DNA of 64,000 bases from Candidatus Marinacidobacterales bacterium (GTDB lineage Bacteria; Acidobacteriota; Vicinamibacteria; Marinacidobacterales; SMYC01), in NCBI GenBank assembly GCA_965224085.1, contig CBDCYI010000009.1, positions 32,001 through 96,000 on the forward strand, written 5' to 3'. Positions 54,201 through 64,000 of the stretch are shown here, piece after piece (position 1 is the first letter of the stretch; each line of letters starts with the position of its first letter). The notes beneath the pieces are model-generated. The model was not told the DNA's origin. It saw nothing but the letters and a program-made list of their open reading frames with translations, and did no database searches. The translations under genes were made by a program, and so were the position numbers.

Positions 54201-57085
54201 TCAGTTGTCGGTGGGGACGAGGCGCTTCAGCTCCTGAAACCAGTTCTGGACGACCTGAAACTCAGGTGGCCCTTGGCTCTCGACCTGGATAAAGACGAAC
54301 CTCTTGCCGTCGGGAGCGAGATCGTACAGTCGGGGGAAGGCCGGGAGATGACGCAAATACCCCTCCTCGAAAAGCAATTGTGGTGGTCCCACAGACAGCT
54401 CAGGACGGGAGACTTGCACTCTCATCATCCCGTTCTCGGTCCGGTAGTAGAGTTCTGCCTGATCCGGCGACCACACCGGGGCACTCCCGCCGTCTGTCGA
54501 CACCTGCTGCCTTCCACCGGGCCGCTCGTAGGGCGTGATGTAGACCTGCCTCCGGCCCGATTCATTGGAGGTGTATGCCATCCAAAGCCCATCGGGTGAC
54601 AAGACCGGCTGGGCCTGCATTCCCCTAGGGTCGAGGACGGTCCGCGAGGTTCGGTCCGCTAAAGTTAGCTCAAAGATCCCCCAGTCTTGGTGGTGAGTGT
54701 CCGTGTAGAGAAGGCGCTCCCCATCCGCGGACAAGGCATCGGGAATCTGATGGCCAGCGCTCTCGGTCAGTCGTTCCGCAGGCCTGCTTCCGTCAACCGC
54801 TAAAGAGAAAAGGTTCACGTCCTGACCGGGAGCCGTGGCGCTGACCGCCAAGCTCTGGCCGTCCGGACTCCACGCAATACCTTCAAAAAAGAAGCCCTCG
54901 CCCGATGGACCGTCGAAGCTGGAAGCCACGAGGCTCAAACGCTCTTGCTCCAGCTCGTAGACATAAATCTCATGGGGTGTCGCGTCCGCCCCCACGGACA
55001 CGGCGAGACGACGGCCATCGGGTGAGAAGCGAGCTCGCCAGTAGGGCATCAGTGGAGCGGCGAGCGGAGCAGCCGTTCCTTGAAGATCCACGAGGACCAA
55101 ACGGGATATCGGGAAACGCCGGGCAAAGTAAACGAGCGTTCCGGTGTCGGAAAACGTGAAGAAGGCGACGCCGTTTCCGAGTGAGCGTACAGTGACGCCT
55201 GTCTGAACGGGAATTCCCGTGCCTCTCACCTCCATGCGGTCGAGATCGAACGGATGGCGTACAGAGTATCCTCTCTTGCGTAAATCAGGTGTCCTGTCGG
55301 TGCGTAGCGAGCGTAGCTCGCATTGAGCAAGAATCTACGCTCGCCGGTCTCCAAGGATTGCACCACGATGTTGGAGTCATCATGGTTTTGGCCGGTCACG
55401 GCGCAAAAGATGACGCCCTTTCCGTTGGGCAGTGCGTGCGGCCAGTAATGTAATCTTTCACCTTGATCGGGATTAATGCTCGCCAAGACTTCCGGCGTCC
55501 CTCCCGAGGCGGGAACTCTCATGAGGCCCGTCGTATAGTTGGCAAAGACGATCGTCCCGTCGACACTCCAATCGGCGCCCCGGTAATTAGGAGCATCGCA
55601 GAGGACGGCGGCCCCCGCTCCATCGAGACGCACTTTCTTGAGCTTCCCACCCGCGACGAATCCCACCCACTGGCCGTCCGGTGAGAAGAACGGGCCCTGA
55701 CCGCCCTCGGTTCCAGGAATCGGCGTCGACTCGTTCCGGTCGAGTTCTCTGAGGTAAAGTTGGAATCCCTGCCCTTCTATGAATACCCCGTACACCAGTT
55801 GAACGCCATCGGGCGAAAGTGCCGGAGGAAAATGGGTTACATACGTCTCCGCAGGCAGGTTGATGCTCGTTCGAAAGAGCGTCTGGTTTTCAGCGGGACC
55901 GGTGCGCCAGGAAGCCCACAAGGCAAGGCCAGCAAGAACGGCCATCAGCGCTACCAGAACCCAGGGCAGGACGGTCCTCGGGGAAGCAGCGGTCGCGCCA
56001 GCGGCCGGTACGCTTTGTGCTTCGTCCAGCTCGATACGCGCGTCGGCGATGTCATGGAGGCGCCGTCGAGGATCTTTCTGGAGGCATCGACGCAGCAAAC
56101 TTCGGGCAAGCAGCGGCACGTGCTCCGGCAATGCCCCCCAATCCGGCTCTCCTTCCAGGATCTTGGCAATGGTGTCCGAGACCGTCTCTCCAAGGAACGC
56201 AGTCTTGCCCGTCAGCGCTTCATACAAGCAGCATCCGAACGACCAAATGTCCGTGCGCTTGTCCAGAGTCTTGCCACGAGCCTGCTCGGGACTCATATAC
56301 GCGGGCGTTCCGAGAATGACTCCGGTCTCGGTTTCTTGCCGAGTGACGGTTGGTGACTCGGACTTCACGTCCTGAACGAATTCCCCCTTCGCCAAACCAA
56401 AGTCCAAGATTTTTGGGCTTCCTTCGGGTCCGATCTTGATATTGGCGGGCTTCAAGTCACGGTGGATCACACTCTTCTCGTGCGCGGCCTCGAGACCCGT
56501 GGCGATTTGTAAGAACAGCCGGAGAGCTTCGTCGATCGGTATCGGCCCTCGAGCGATTCGTTCCGCCAGCGTCTCGCCCTCGACGAGCTCCATGACGAGA
56601 AAGCGGATCCCGTCCGCGTCTTCGAGCCCGAAGAGGGTCGCGACATTGGGATGGTTCACCGAAGCAAGAAGCCGCGCCTCGCGCTTGAACCTCGCCAAGC
56701 GCTCCTTGTGCTGTGAGAACTCCTCGGGCAGGACCTTGATCGCGACGTCGCGCCCGAGCTTCCCGTCTCGTGCCCGATAAACCTCTCCCATGCCGCCTTT
56801 GCCGATTGGGGAGAGGATCTCGTAGGGGCCGAGGCGCGTTCCGGGGGCAAGTCCCATGCTATCTGTCTCGGTCCCTCTTTGTTTTAGGAGCGAGGAAACT
56901 GGAGCCTGAGCGAGAAAGCCGTTCGCTTCCGCCTCCTCATGGTTGGCCAAAAGCTCCTTGACCTGCTGTTGCAGCTCGTCCTGTTTGGGACAGGCTTTCT
57001 CCAAGAAAGCGCGCCGGTCCGCTGGGGCGAGCTCGAGCGCGGCTTCGAACAGGGCTGTGACACGCTCCCAAGAATCCGACTTCAA
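54201..57085 (-). pseudogene. Hanks-type Ser/Thr kinase with TM helix and PD40/TolB propeller, split by a -1 frameshift
   Basis: GKGGMGEVY, VAIK, HRDLKPAN, DFG, GTPAYMSPEQ. At ~55251 GCC ATC CG TTC GAT CTC restores TLYAI(P)FDLDRMEVRG if one base is added. Confidence 0.88.
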
Positions 57086-57674
57086 GAGACTTGCCTCTTA
57101 ACCTCACCGTAGAGCCAAGCTCGTGCGGCACGCCATTCCCTCTTGACCGTTCGGATGCTGGTGCCCATCAGCTCCGCGATCTCCTGCTGCTTCAGGCCTC
57201 CAAAGAATTGAAGCACCACGATCCGTTCCTGGCGGGGAGATCGCTTGCTCAAGCCGCAGAGCAGTTGAGAGCAAGAACGGTGTCCGATTGCTCGTTCAAC
57301 AGAATCGAAGCGTCGTCGAATGTGAAGTGCGGTCGGCCACCGCCGCGCTTTTCCGCTTTTCGCCGGCGGGCGTGGTCGACTAGGATCCGTCGCATGGGCT
57401 CGGACGCTGCCGCGAAAAAGTGAAGTCGGTTCCGCCAGGATTTGTCACGCTGCTCGACGAGCTTCTCGTAAGCCTCGTGCACCAGCGCCGTCGCCTGCAG
57501 CGTGTGGTCGCGAGGCTCGCGAGCCATGTAGTACCTAGCCAGACGACGTAGTTTCGGATAGACGGCCTCCATGAGCATCGACTCCGCGTTGGGATTCCCG
57601 TTGCTCCAGGCTTTGAGAAGTTGCGTAATCGTGCGCTGCTCGGGGTCCGCTGTGACGGATCTAGTGGGTGCCAA
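57082..57674 (-). pseudogene. Kinase-associated ECF sigma factor (TIGR02999/ECF43-like), frameshifted
   Basis: TLQATALVHEAY, FFAAA, MRRILVDHAR, KRGG. Region 4 (LSKRSPRQERIVVLQFFGGLKQQEIAELMGTSIRTVKREWRAARAWL) is in another frame after ~57255. Its stop overlaps the kinase TTG (TTGA). Confidence 0.88.
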
Positions 57675-57799
57675 CGCTAGCCCTCGCTGTTGGACTCATC
57701 CTACAGCACTCCGTAACTGAGCCGCAAACCCACCTTTATCTCCAACCGTGGCCCTTTGGGCAATTGGTCTGCGCGATTCAAGGCGGAGGGCAAAAAGCG

Positions 57800-58495
57800 A
57801 TGGAAAAACGAATTGGCCTTGATGGAACACACATCCCGGCAACATCGCTCGGTCAGATCCTGTTGATCGCGATAATGAGCGCCCTGGGTTGCCTCGGGCA
57901 AACGATCGCTCCAGGGGAAAGCGTACCCGCTTCAGCTACAGCCCAAAGCCTCATCGTTGTCTGGCACGACCCGGAGGGGTTGTTCCGTACGGGATCGGAA
58001 AGGCTCGCTCGACAGGTGAAGGACTTTTTTGCGGCCATCGCCGTAGAGACCGCCTGGGAGCAGGGAGAGACGAACCCGTCAGCCGACTCGAGTGCGGTAC
58101 AAGTGCGCGTCGTCCTCCGGCCTTCGGAGCCTTCGAGCTGGGGGTTGTCCAAAAACGTGTTGGGCGTCTGCTTTATTCGAACTTCTCCACCGGATGCGGC
58201 TTACATATTCTTCCCCGCCGTGGCGCGAACTTTGGGTTACCGGCCGCAAAACCTCGTCAAGTACGGATTGACTCCGCGACAAAGGGTGGCGATGGCCCGG
58301 GCCTTGAGCCGAGTGGTTGCCCACGAGGTTGTCCACGCCATTGCCCCGGGGCTGGACCACGCGCCCAATGGCTTGACCATGAATAGTCTCGACAGCGTCT
58401 GGCTCGGAAAGGGCACCAAGTCGCAAATCCACCCCCGCGCGGCGGCGGTTTTTCGGAGGGAACTGAGAAAATTGTCCTCACCGGCCGATCGATAG
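57800..58495 (+). CDS. Hypothetical exported protein with HExxH motif
   Basis: GGAGG before ATG 57800; hydrophobic segment with Cys; SRVVAHEVVHAI...HAPNGL. Confidence 0.65.
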   Translation: MEKRIGLDGTHIPATSLGQILLIAIMSALGCLGQTIAPGESVPASATAQSLIVVWHDPEGLFRTGSERLARQVKDFFAAIAVETAWEQGETNPSADSSAVQVRVVLRPSEPSSWGLSKNVLGVCFIRTSPPDAAYIFFPAVARTLGYRPQNLVKYGLTPRQRVAMARALSRVVAHEVVHAIAPGLDHAPNGLTMNSLDSVWLGKGTKSQIHPRAAAVFRRELRKLSSPADR

Positions 58496-58531
58496 GGGCA
58501 CACCAGAACCCCTGGCGGCCAGGCCAGCCTC

Positions 58532-58568
58532 ATAACGCTTGCCGTTATATAACGAGTGACGTTATAAT
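58532..58568 (+). promoter_or_regulatory. higBA promoter with two tandem operators
   Basis: TTGCCG-N18-TATAAT (58539-58568); ATAACG-N5-CGTTAT at 58532-58548 and 58549-58565. Confidence 0.8.
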
Positions 58569-58574
58569 TTCTGT

Positions 58575-58859
58575 GTGATCAAATCCTTTCGAGATCGCGA
58601 CACCGAGAGGATATGGCTCGGAGAGTCGTCGAAGCGCCTGCCGCCGGATATTCAGCGGCCTGCGAGACGAAAGCTTAGAATGCTGAACAACGCGCGTGAT
58701 TTGACGGATCTGCGTGTTCCGCCGGCGAACCGGTTGGAACGTCTCGAGGGCCGGCGCCGCGGTCAGCGCAGTATCCGAATCAACGATCAGTGGCGAGTCT
58801 GCTTTCGTTGGTCGCGCGGCGACTCCTACGACGTCGAGATCGTCGACTACCATCGGTGA
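58575..58859 (+). CDS. higB: HigB toxin (RelE superfamily)
   Basis: MIKSF, ARRKL, DLRVPPANRLERL, SIRINDQWRVCFRW, VEIVDYH. Confidence 0.93.
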   Translation: MIKSFRDRDTERIWLGESSKRLPPDIQRPARRKLRMLNNARDLTDLRVPPANRLERLEGRRRGQRSIRINDQWRVCFRWSRGDSYDVEIVDYHR

Positions 58860-58869
58860 GGAGAGTGAT

Positions 58870-59175
58870 ATGGCAAAGAAACTGCCCAACGTTCATCCGG
58901 GCGAGGTACTCCTGGAAGAGTTCCTCGAGCCCCTCGACATGAGCCAAAACCGCCTGGCGCGAGAAATCGGGGTTCCACCTCGACGGATCAACGAGATCGT
59001 CTTGGGCAAGCGCTCGGTGACACCCGATACGGCGCTGAGACTATCGCGCTATTTCGGGACTTCGAGTCGTTTCTGGCTGGGGCTTCAGATGGACTACGAC
59101 TTGGAAGAGACCGAAAGAGAAAAGTCCGCAGAGATCGAGCGCGAGGTACGACCTCGAGAGAAAGTTGGTACTTGA
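58870..59175 (+). CDS. higA: HigA antitoxin
   Basis: RBS GAGGAG, ATG at 58870; HPGEVLLEEFL, RRINEIVLGKRSVTPDTALRL, FWLGLQMDYDL. Confidence 0.93.
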   Translation: MAKKLPNVHPGEVLLEEFLEPLDMSQNRLAREIGVPPRRINEIVLGKRSVTPDTALRLSRYFGTSSRFWLGLQMDYDLEETEREKSAEIEREVRPREKVGT

Positions 59176-59200
59176 CCGCATCGCTGAACGGAGGCGAGAG

Positions 59201-59491
59201 TCATGGAGCCTGTCCGCCTTCACCCTCCGGGCTACGACGCGGCAGGCCGATACGCTGCCCTTCCCGTCGCCTCGACTCCTCGAGTCCCTTTCGGATTCCG
59301 GCGGTCGCCTCCAGGCGGTCCACGAGCTCCAAAAGCTTCTGATACGAACCCGCGTCCTGGACGACGAGCTCGGCCCGACCATTGATAGTCAGGACAATCG
59401 GATCACCGCTCTGCTTGAGCTGGCGCACAAGCCCGGTCGTGTTCCGCTTGAAATCGGTGAGGGGATGGATGTCCTTAGTAATGTCCAGCTT
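59201..59491 (-). pseudogene. Orphan Phd/YefM antitoxin lacking a canonical start; 3' end disrupted
   Basis: LDITKDIHPLTDFKRNT...PIVLTINGRAELVVQDAGSYQKLL. The RBS GGAGG is followed by CTAAG-CTG rather than ATG. No toxin gene follows. Confidence 0.7.
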
Positions 59492-59746
59492 AGCCTCCGC
59501 ATCAAATTCGCATCTTTTGTAATGCTAACCTGCGAGGCCCTTGAATGCAAGCGAGGACGTTGTCCGGCAAGCCAAAAACGTAAGACTGGTCGCGCAGGCG
59601 TCTGTGAGGATAGCGTCGTTGTCCGAGCTCCGGTCAAGCCGACGGCGCACCCAGAGCGGCCTCGCACCCAAATCGGGAGCCGCTGGGTTTTTGGGCCACC
59701 ACTCGATGCGTAGATTAGTGCCGCCGGGCCGGCCCTCCTCCGCCGT

Positions 59747-62700
59747 TCACGGCTGCCGGCCGGTTGAGGACTCTCCGTTACTCGACTCGGTGGCTCCCAG
59801 GATTCCGTCGAGCTTTTCCACTTGCTCCCGAAGTGCGCCTTCCAGTTGCTCGTAACGCTCGTAGGCGTCTCGTCCGGGCCGCTGGTCGGTGCGCCTCAAG
59901 TTCTGGTAGAGGTAAACGAGCTGGTCCAGGATCATGGGCTCGGCCTTCCACACGCTTCCAGCTTTGGGCAGCGCGGGGAGCAGCGCCTTTTTGATCTCGA
60001 GGAGAGTCTCGTCGTCGGGCCGTTGTTCGAGCGCCTTGTCGAGTCGAGTTGCTGCCCGGCGCGCGCTGCTGAGGGCATCGCGCGCTTTGAGAACGAGCTC
60101 CACCTGAGCGGTGACGTCCGCCTCGGTGACCGTGCCTTCCTTGACGATTCGGGGATCCATCCTTGTTTCGAACGAGACGGTTTGCGTCCAATCTCCTGAA
60201 GTGAGTCGCGCCCGGTAAGTTCCCGGCGCCGCCATGGGTCCGTCTCGGCCGGATCGCTTCTCATCGGAATCCCAGGGACCGTCATGCAGAAGATCCCAAA
60301 GGAAGCGATGCATCCCGGCGCTTTTCTCGAGCGCCGGCCGTTCGAGCTCCGACTCGTTCATGCTGGCCTGCTCGGGCACTACGTTCTGCTCGCCTGACGT
60401 CTCGCTCGAGTAGGCACGGATGACGTTTTCCTGCCCATCGAGAATCTCGAGCTGGATCTCTCCCGTGGGCTCGGCGGCCAAGTAGTAGTCGATGTTGGCC
60501 CCGGGGCGTGGGTAATTAGGCTCGCTGGGTTCTTTAGTGCGGCTGAATCTGGGAGGATAGAAAAGACGATAGGCATCCTTGACCTCGAAGAGATGTCTCT
60601 CCGCCGACGCCACTTTATCGTCGATCTCGTGAAGCGGCGTCACGTCGTACAAGATCCAGAAACCCCTGCCCATCGTGGACAGCACCAGATCCTGGTTGAC
60701 CACCTTGATGTCGGTCACCGGTGTGACGGGCAAGTCGAGCTGAAACGACTGCCAGTGTGCTCCGTCATCGAACGAGAGGAACATCCCGAACTCGGTTCCC
60801 GCGTAGAGCAGCCCCTCTCGATCCGGATCCTCCCGGACCACCCGGACCGGGTGGTCGTTGGGAATGCCGTTCTCCCCGGTTGTGATCCGTGTCCAGCTCT
60901 CCCCGTAATCCTCGGTTTTGTAGACGTGCGGGGTGAAGTCGTCGAGCATGTACCTCAGGATGGAGACGTACGTCTTGGATGGCTCGTGGGGGGACACCTC
61001 GATCTGCTGAACGCGGCCATAGGGTCCGAGCCCGGGAGGGGTCACGTCCTTCCAGTTCTTCCCGTTGTCCCGGGTGATGTGGATGGGCCCGTCATTGGCT
61101 CCTACCCAGACGACCCCTCGCTCATGTGGCGACTCCTGGATGTCGTAGATGGTGCTGAAGTGCTCCTCCCCGGTTGCATCAATGGTGATCGGTGTGCCCG
61201 AGAGCACCTGGGTTTCCGTCGTGAAGGCGGTGAGGTCAGGGGAGATGGTCTGCCAGGACCTGCCGGCGTCCTCGGTCACGTGCACGTAGTGCGAAGTATG
61301 GTAGACGCGATTCGGATCGTGCGGAGAGACGTGGATGGGCGCCACCCTCTGGAAGCGGAATCGGAGGTCTTTGGGGTTGAAACCGTTGATGTTCCAAAAA
61401 CCTACATAAAAATGTTGCTCCTGGCCCGTTCGCCGGTTGTGGAGGCTGAAACGGCCCTTGCATTCGGCGTAGACAAGGTCGGCATCACCCGGCTTGGGAA
61501 CCACCGGTCCGGTCTCGCAGCCGCCGTGCGTTTCCCACAGCGCCGTGTGCCCGCCGGGCATGCTCCGTGGCGGAAGACTGGGAAGGGAGATGGTCGTGTT
61601 GTCTTGCTGCCCCGCGTACATCCGATAAGGGAACTCATCGCTCACGTCCACCTGATAGAGCTCGGCGGTCGACTGGTTGTGCATACTGGACCAAGTCTTG
61701 CCGCCATCGAGGGTGACGACCGCCCCTCCGTCGTTCGCTTGGATGAAGATGTGCGGGTTATCGGGGTTGATCCACATGTCATGGTTGTCACCGTGGGGTA
61801 TGGTCTGGCGATCCCAAGTCTTGCCGCCGTCCTCGGATTTGTAGTACCCCTCGGCCATCGCCCACAGCGTGTCCGGATCCTTCGGATGAGCATCGAGGTT
61901 GCAGAAGTAGAAGGGGCGGTAGAGGATCTCTTTGTGGTCCGAGACTTGAGACCAGCTCCCGCCGCGATCGTCGGAGCGGTAAACGCCGCCCTCGTCGCCG
62001 GGCGCTTCCATCAACACATAAACCCTATCGGGGTCGGCCGCCGAGACGGCTAGATCCGCTTTTCCTCGGAGGCCGTTCGGGAGGCCGTTCGTCAACTGGG
62101 ACCAGTGATCCCCTCCGTCAGTGGATTTATAGACCCCTCCCTCGTCGCCGCCGCTGATGATGGTCCAGGGCTTGCGCTCCGCGAGCCACATGGTGGCGTA
62201 GATCTCATCCGGATCGTCCGGGGTGAACTCGAGGTCGACGGCGCCCGTTCTCTCCGATATGTACAGCACCTTCTCCCAGGACTCTCCTCCGTCCCTCGAC
62301 CGGTAGACCCCACGCTCGGGGTTCGCGCCGAACGGGTTGCCGATGGCGGCGACGTATACGAGATCCGGGTTGCGCGGATGGATGAGGACCGCTCCACTAT
62401 TGCCCGTCTTCTCGAGGCCGATATGCGTCCAGGTCTTCCCGGCGTCGGTGGACTTGTAAACACCCTTTCCGATGATCACGTTGCTTCGGATTCCGTCCGA
62501 GCCGGTGGCGACGTAGACGATATTGGGATCCGACTCGGCAACCCGGATGGCGCCAATCGAGCCGGTGGCAAAGTAGCCATCGGAGATGGGGTGCCAGTTG
62601 TGGCCGTAATCGGTGGTCTTCCAGACGCCGCCCCCGCTCGCTCCCATATAGAACGTCGACGGCTGGTCCCGGTGGCCGGCAACCGCGGTCACTCGGCCTG

Positions 62701-62854
62701 CCCGGGACGGTCCCACCGTCCGATAGGACAGACCAGAGAAAAGTTCCGGAGCGTAGATCTCGTTGCCGGACGCGGGAAGAGTTTCACCGACAAGCATCGG
62801 GACCTGAGTGATTGCCAGCAGGGCGAGCGCGCCCACGACCCACTTCATCTGCAT
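59747..62854 (-). CDS. VPS10/BNR-repeat (WD40/YVTN-like) exported glycosyl-hydrolase-like protein
   Basis: Signal peptide; GPSRAGRVTAV, repeated S/TxDxGxTW Asp-boxes, HGDNHDMWINP, LYAGTEFG, STMGRGFW. Confidence 0.9.
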   Translation of the reverse strand: MQMKWVVGALALLAITQVPMLVGETLPASGNEIYAPELFSGLSYRTVGPSRAGRVTAVAGHRDQPSTFYMGASGGGVWKTTDYGHNWHPISDGYFATGSIGAIRVAESDPNIVYVATGSDGIRSNVIIGKGVYKSTDAGKTWTHIGLEKTGNSGAVLIHPRNPDLVYVAAIGNPFGANPERGVYRSRDGGESWEKVLYISERTGAVDLEFTPDDPDEIYATMWLAERKPWTIISGGDEGGVYKSTDGGDHWSQLTNGLPNGLRGKADLAVSAADPDRVYVLMEAPGDEGGVYRSDDRGGSWSQVSDHKEILYRPFYFCNLDAHPKDPDTLWAMAEGYYKSEDGGKTWDRQTIPHGDNHDMWINPDNPHIFIQANDGGAVVTLDGGKTWSSMHNQSTAELYQVDVSDEFPYRMYAGQQDNTTISLPSLPPRSMPGGHTALWETHGGCETGPVVPKPGDADLVYAECKGRFSLHNRRTGQEQHFYVGFWNINGFNPKDLRFRFQRVAPIHVSPHDPNRVYHTSHYVHVTEDAGRSWQTISPDLTAFTTETQVLSGTPITIDATGEEHFSTIYDIQESPHERGVVWVGANDGPIHITRDNGKNWKDVTPPGLGPYGRVQQIEVSPHEPSKTYVSILRYMLDDFTPHVYKTEDYGESWTRITTGENGIPNDHPVRVVREDPDREGLLYAGTEFGMFLSFDDGAHWQSFQLDLPVTPVTDIKVVNQDLVLSTMGRGFWILYDVTPLHEIDDKVASAERHLFEVKDAYRLFYPPRFSRTKEPSEPNYPRPGANIDYYLAAEPTGEIQLEILDGQENVIRAYSSETSGEQNVVPEQASMNESELERPALEKSAGMHRFLWDLLHDGPWDSDEKRSGRDGPMAAPGTYRARLTSGDWTQTVSFETRMDPRIVKEGTVTEADVTAQVELVLKARDALSSARRAATRLDKALEQRPDDETLLEIKKALLPALPKAGSVWKAEPMILDQLVYLYQNLRRTDQRPGRDAYERYEQLEGALREQVEKLDGILGATESSNGESSTGRQP

Positions 62855-62885
62855 GGTTCCATGTCTCCTTTAGAAGTCTCGCGTG

Positions 62886-62915
62886 ATGCTAGATGGCCCA
62901 GAGATGGAAAGTCAA
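62886..62915 (-). promoter_or_regulatory. Possible sigma70 promoter for the VPS10/BNR gene
   Basis: TTGACT-N18-TAGCAT on the minus strand, ~30 bp before the ATG. Confidence 0.4.
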
Positions 62916-63152
62916 GGGATAGACGCGATGCTCAGCTCACCACCACCCCGCTGAGCTGCTCCTCGCAGCCGCCAGCTTGATCTGGAAGGGACTCGCCGAC
63001 TTCCTTCCAACTTGACGACTGGGGTATAGTCGTCGTCAAGGGTCCGCGCAAAGAATAAGTTCGCATTTTCCGGCGTCGAGGCGCCCGTCTGGCAAGGCGC
63101 GAGGCGCGAATAATATCTAGATATGTGAGCGCGTCACGAGAGGAAAAACCAG

Positions 63153-63935
63153 ATGCCCAACCTCAAAGACCGGTTCCGCGACGGTGAGATTCTGGTCGGA
63201 ACCTGGCTCAACGGGCCGGTCGCTTCGCAAGTCGAGATCATCGGGGGCGCCGGCTTCGACTTCGTGATTCTCGACTCAGAGCACAGCTCCTACGGCCTTG
63301 ACCAGTGTGAGGACCTCGTGCGCGCCGCCGATGCTGTGACGTTGCCTTGCCTCGTCCGCGTGGCTCCGGGCGATGCGCGAGAGGTCGGCAAGGCGCTCGA
63401 CTTCGGAGCTCAGGGCATCATCGTTCCTCACGTGAGCTCTGACGAAGAGGCACGCGCTTGTGTTCGGTACGCTCACTTTGCGCCACTGGGCGCGCGCGGC
63501 GCGGCGCCGACGGTGCGAGGCGCCCGCTTCGGACGCACGGCCTGGAAAGACTACCTCGCCCAGGCGACGTCCGAAACGATGGTGGTGCTCCAGATCGAGG
63601 GCCAGGAGGGGATCGATCAGCTCGACCGCATCATGTCGGTGGAGGGCGTGGATGTTCTCTTCGTCGGCACGTTCGATCTTTCGGAATCGCTGGGGGTCTC
63701 GGGTCAGCTCGACCATCCGAAGCTTCTGGACGCCGTCGCCCATATCGTCCGTCGGGCGCGGGAGAAAGAGATTGCGCTGGGTCTGTGGATGCCGAAGCCC
63801 GAACAGGTGGGGCCGTGGATCGAGCGCGGCGTCCAGATGATCACCGTCGCCAACAACGACATGATCTTCTTCGAGGCCTGCCGGGCCGTTGCGGAAGCGG
63901 TGAAGGCCCGCATCGCGGATCGGTCGGCGTCGTGA
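63153..63935 (+). CDS. HpcH/HpaI aldolase family protein
   Basis: GFDFVILDSEH, ALDFGAQGIIVPHV, PLGARG, LQIE, LFVGTFDLSESLG. Confidence 0.92.
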   Translation: MPNLKDRFRDGEILVGTWLNGPVASQVEIIGGAGFDFVILDSEHSSYGLDQCEDLVRAADAVTLPCLVRVAPGDAREVGKALDFGAQGIIVPHVSSDEEARACVRYAHFAPLGARGAAPTVRGARFGRTAWKDYLAQATSETMVVLQIEGQEGIDQLDRIMSVEGVDVLFVGTFDLSESLGVSGQLDHPKLLDAVAHIVRRAREKEIALGLWMPKPEQVGPWIERGVQMITVANNDMIFFEACRAVAEAVKARIADRSAS

Positions 63936-64000
63936 CGGACCCGACGCTGGCGAGAATCGGATTCGCAGCGCCGTTGACGGGCGACCAGGCGATCGTGGGC

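Noticed and set aside
60593-62053. 486-aa plus-strand ORF
   Set aside because: Antisense shadow of the VPS10/BNR gene.

Overview
GC-rich bacterial DNA. The gene repertoire (carboxypeptidase-regulatory-domain TonB receptor, DUF1592/DUF1552/ankyrin triad, ECF sigma plus Ser/Thr kinase ending NW.EELKRLVP, PVC-type heme protein, VPS10/BNR protein) is typical of Acidobacteriota; this is an inference. The first ~42 kb is mostly intact genes for exported hydrolases, transport and envelope modification. It includes a head-to-tail pair of apparently identical 1.69-kb IS copies that truncate an ankyrin gene, a GntR/TRAP/TonB-receptor/tandem-amidohydrolase locus, and a 1614-aa fusion of an SGNH domain with a cytochrome c membrane dehydrogenase. 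The 42.4-59.5 kb stretch is a decaying accessory zone. It holds gene-tail fragments, an hsdR scrap, a tRNA-like 3' end, a lone IS21-type end, half an attC site, a frameshifted ECF sigma/kinase pair, higBA and an orphan antitoxin. Embedded in it is a ureidoglycine/oxalurate/oxamate catabolic cluster (hpxW-like, pucG-like, yahG/yahF/yahE-like, carbamate kinase). That cluster is the best candidate for an undescribed pathway variant, although its FdrA/YahF subunit is truncated. No rRNA, intact tRNA or CRISPR array was seen. All family calls come from reading motifs; no database search was run.
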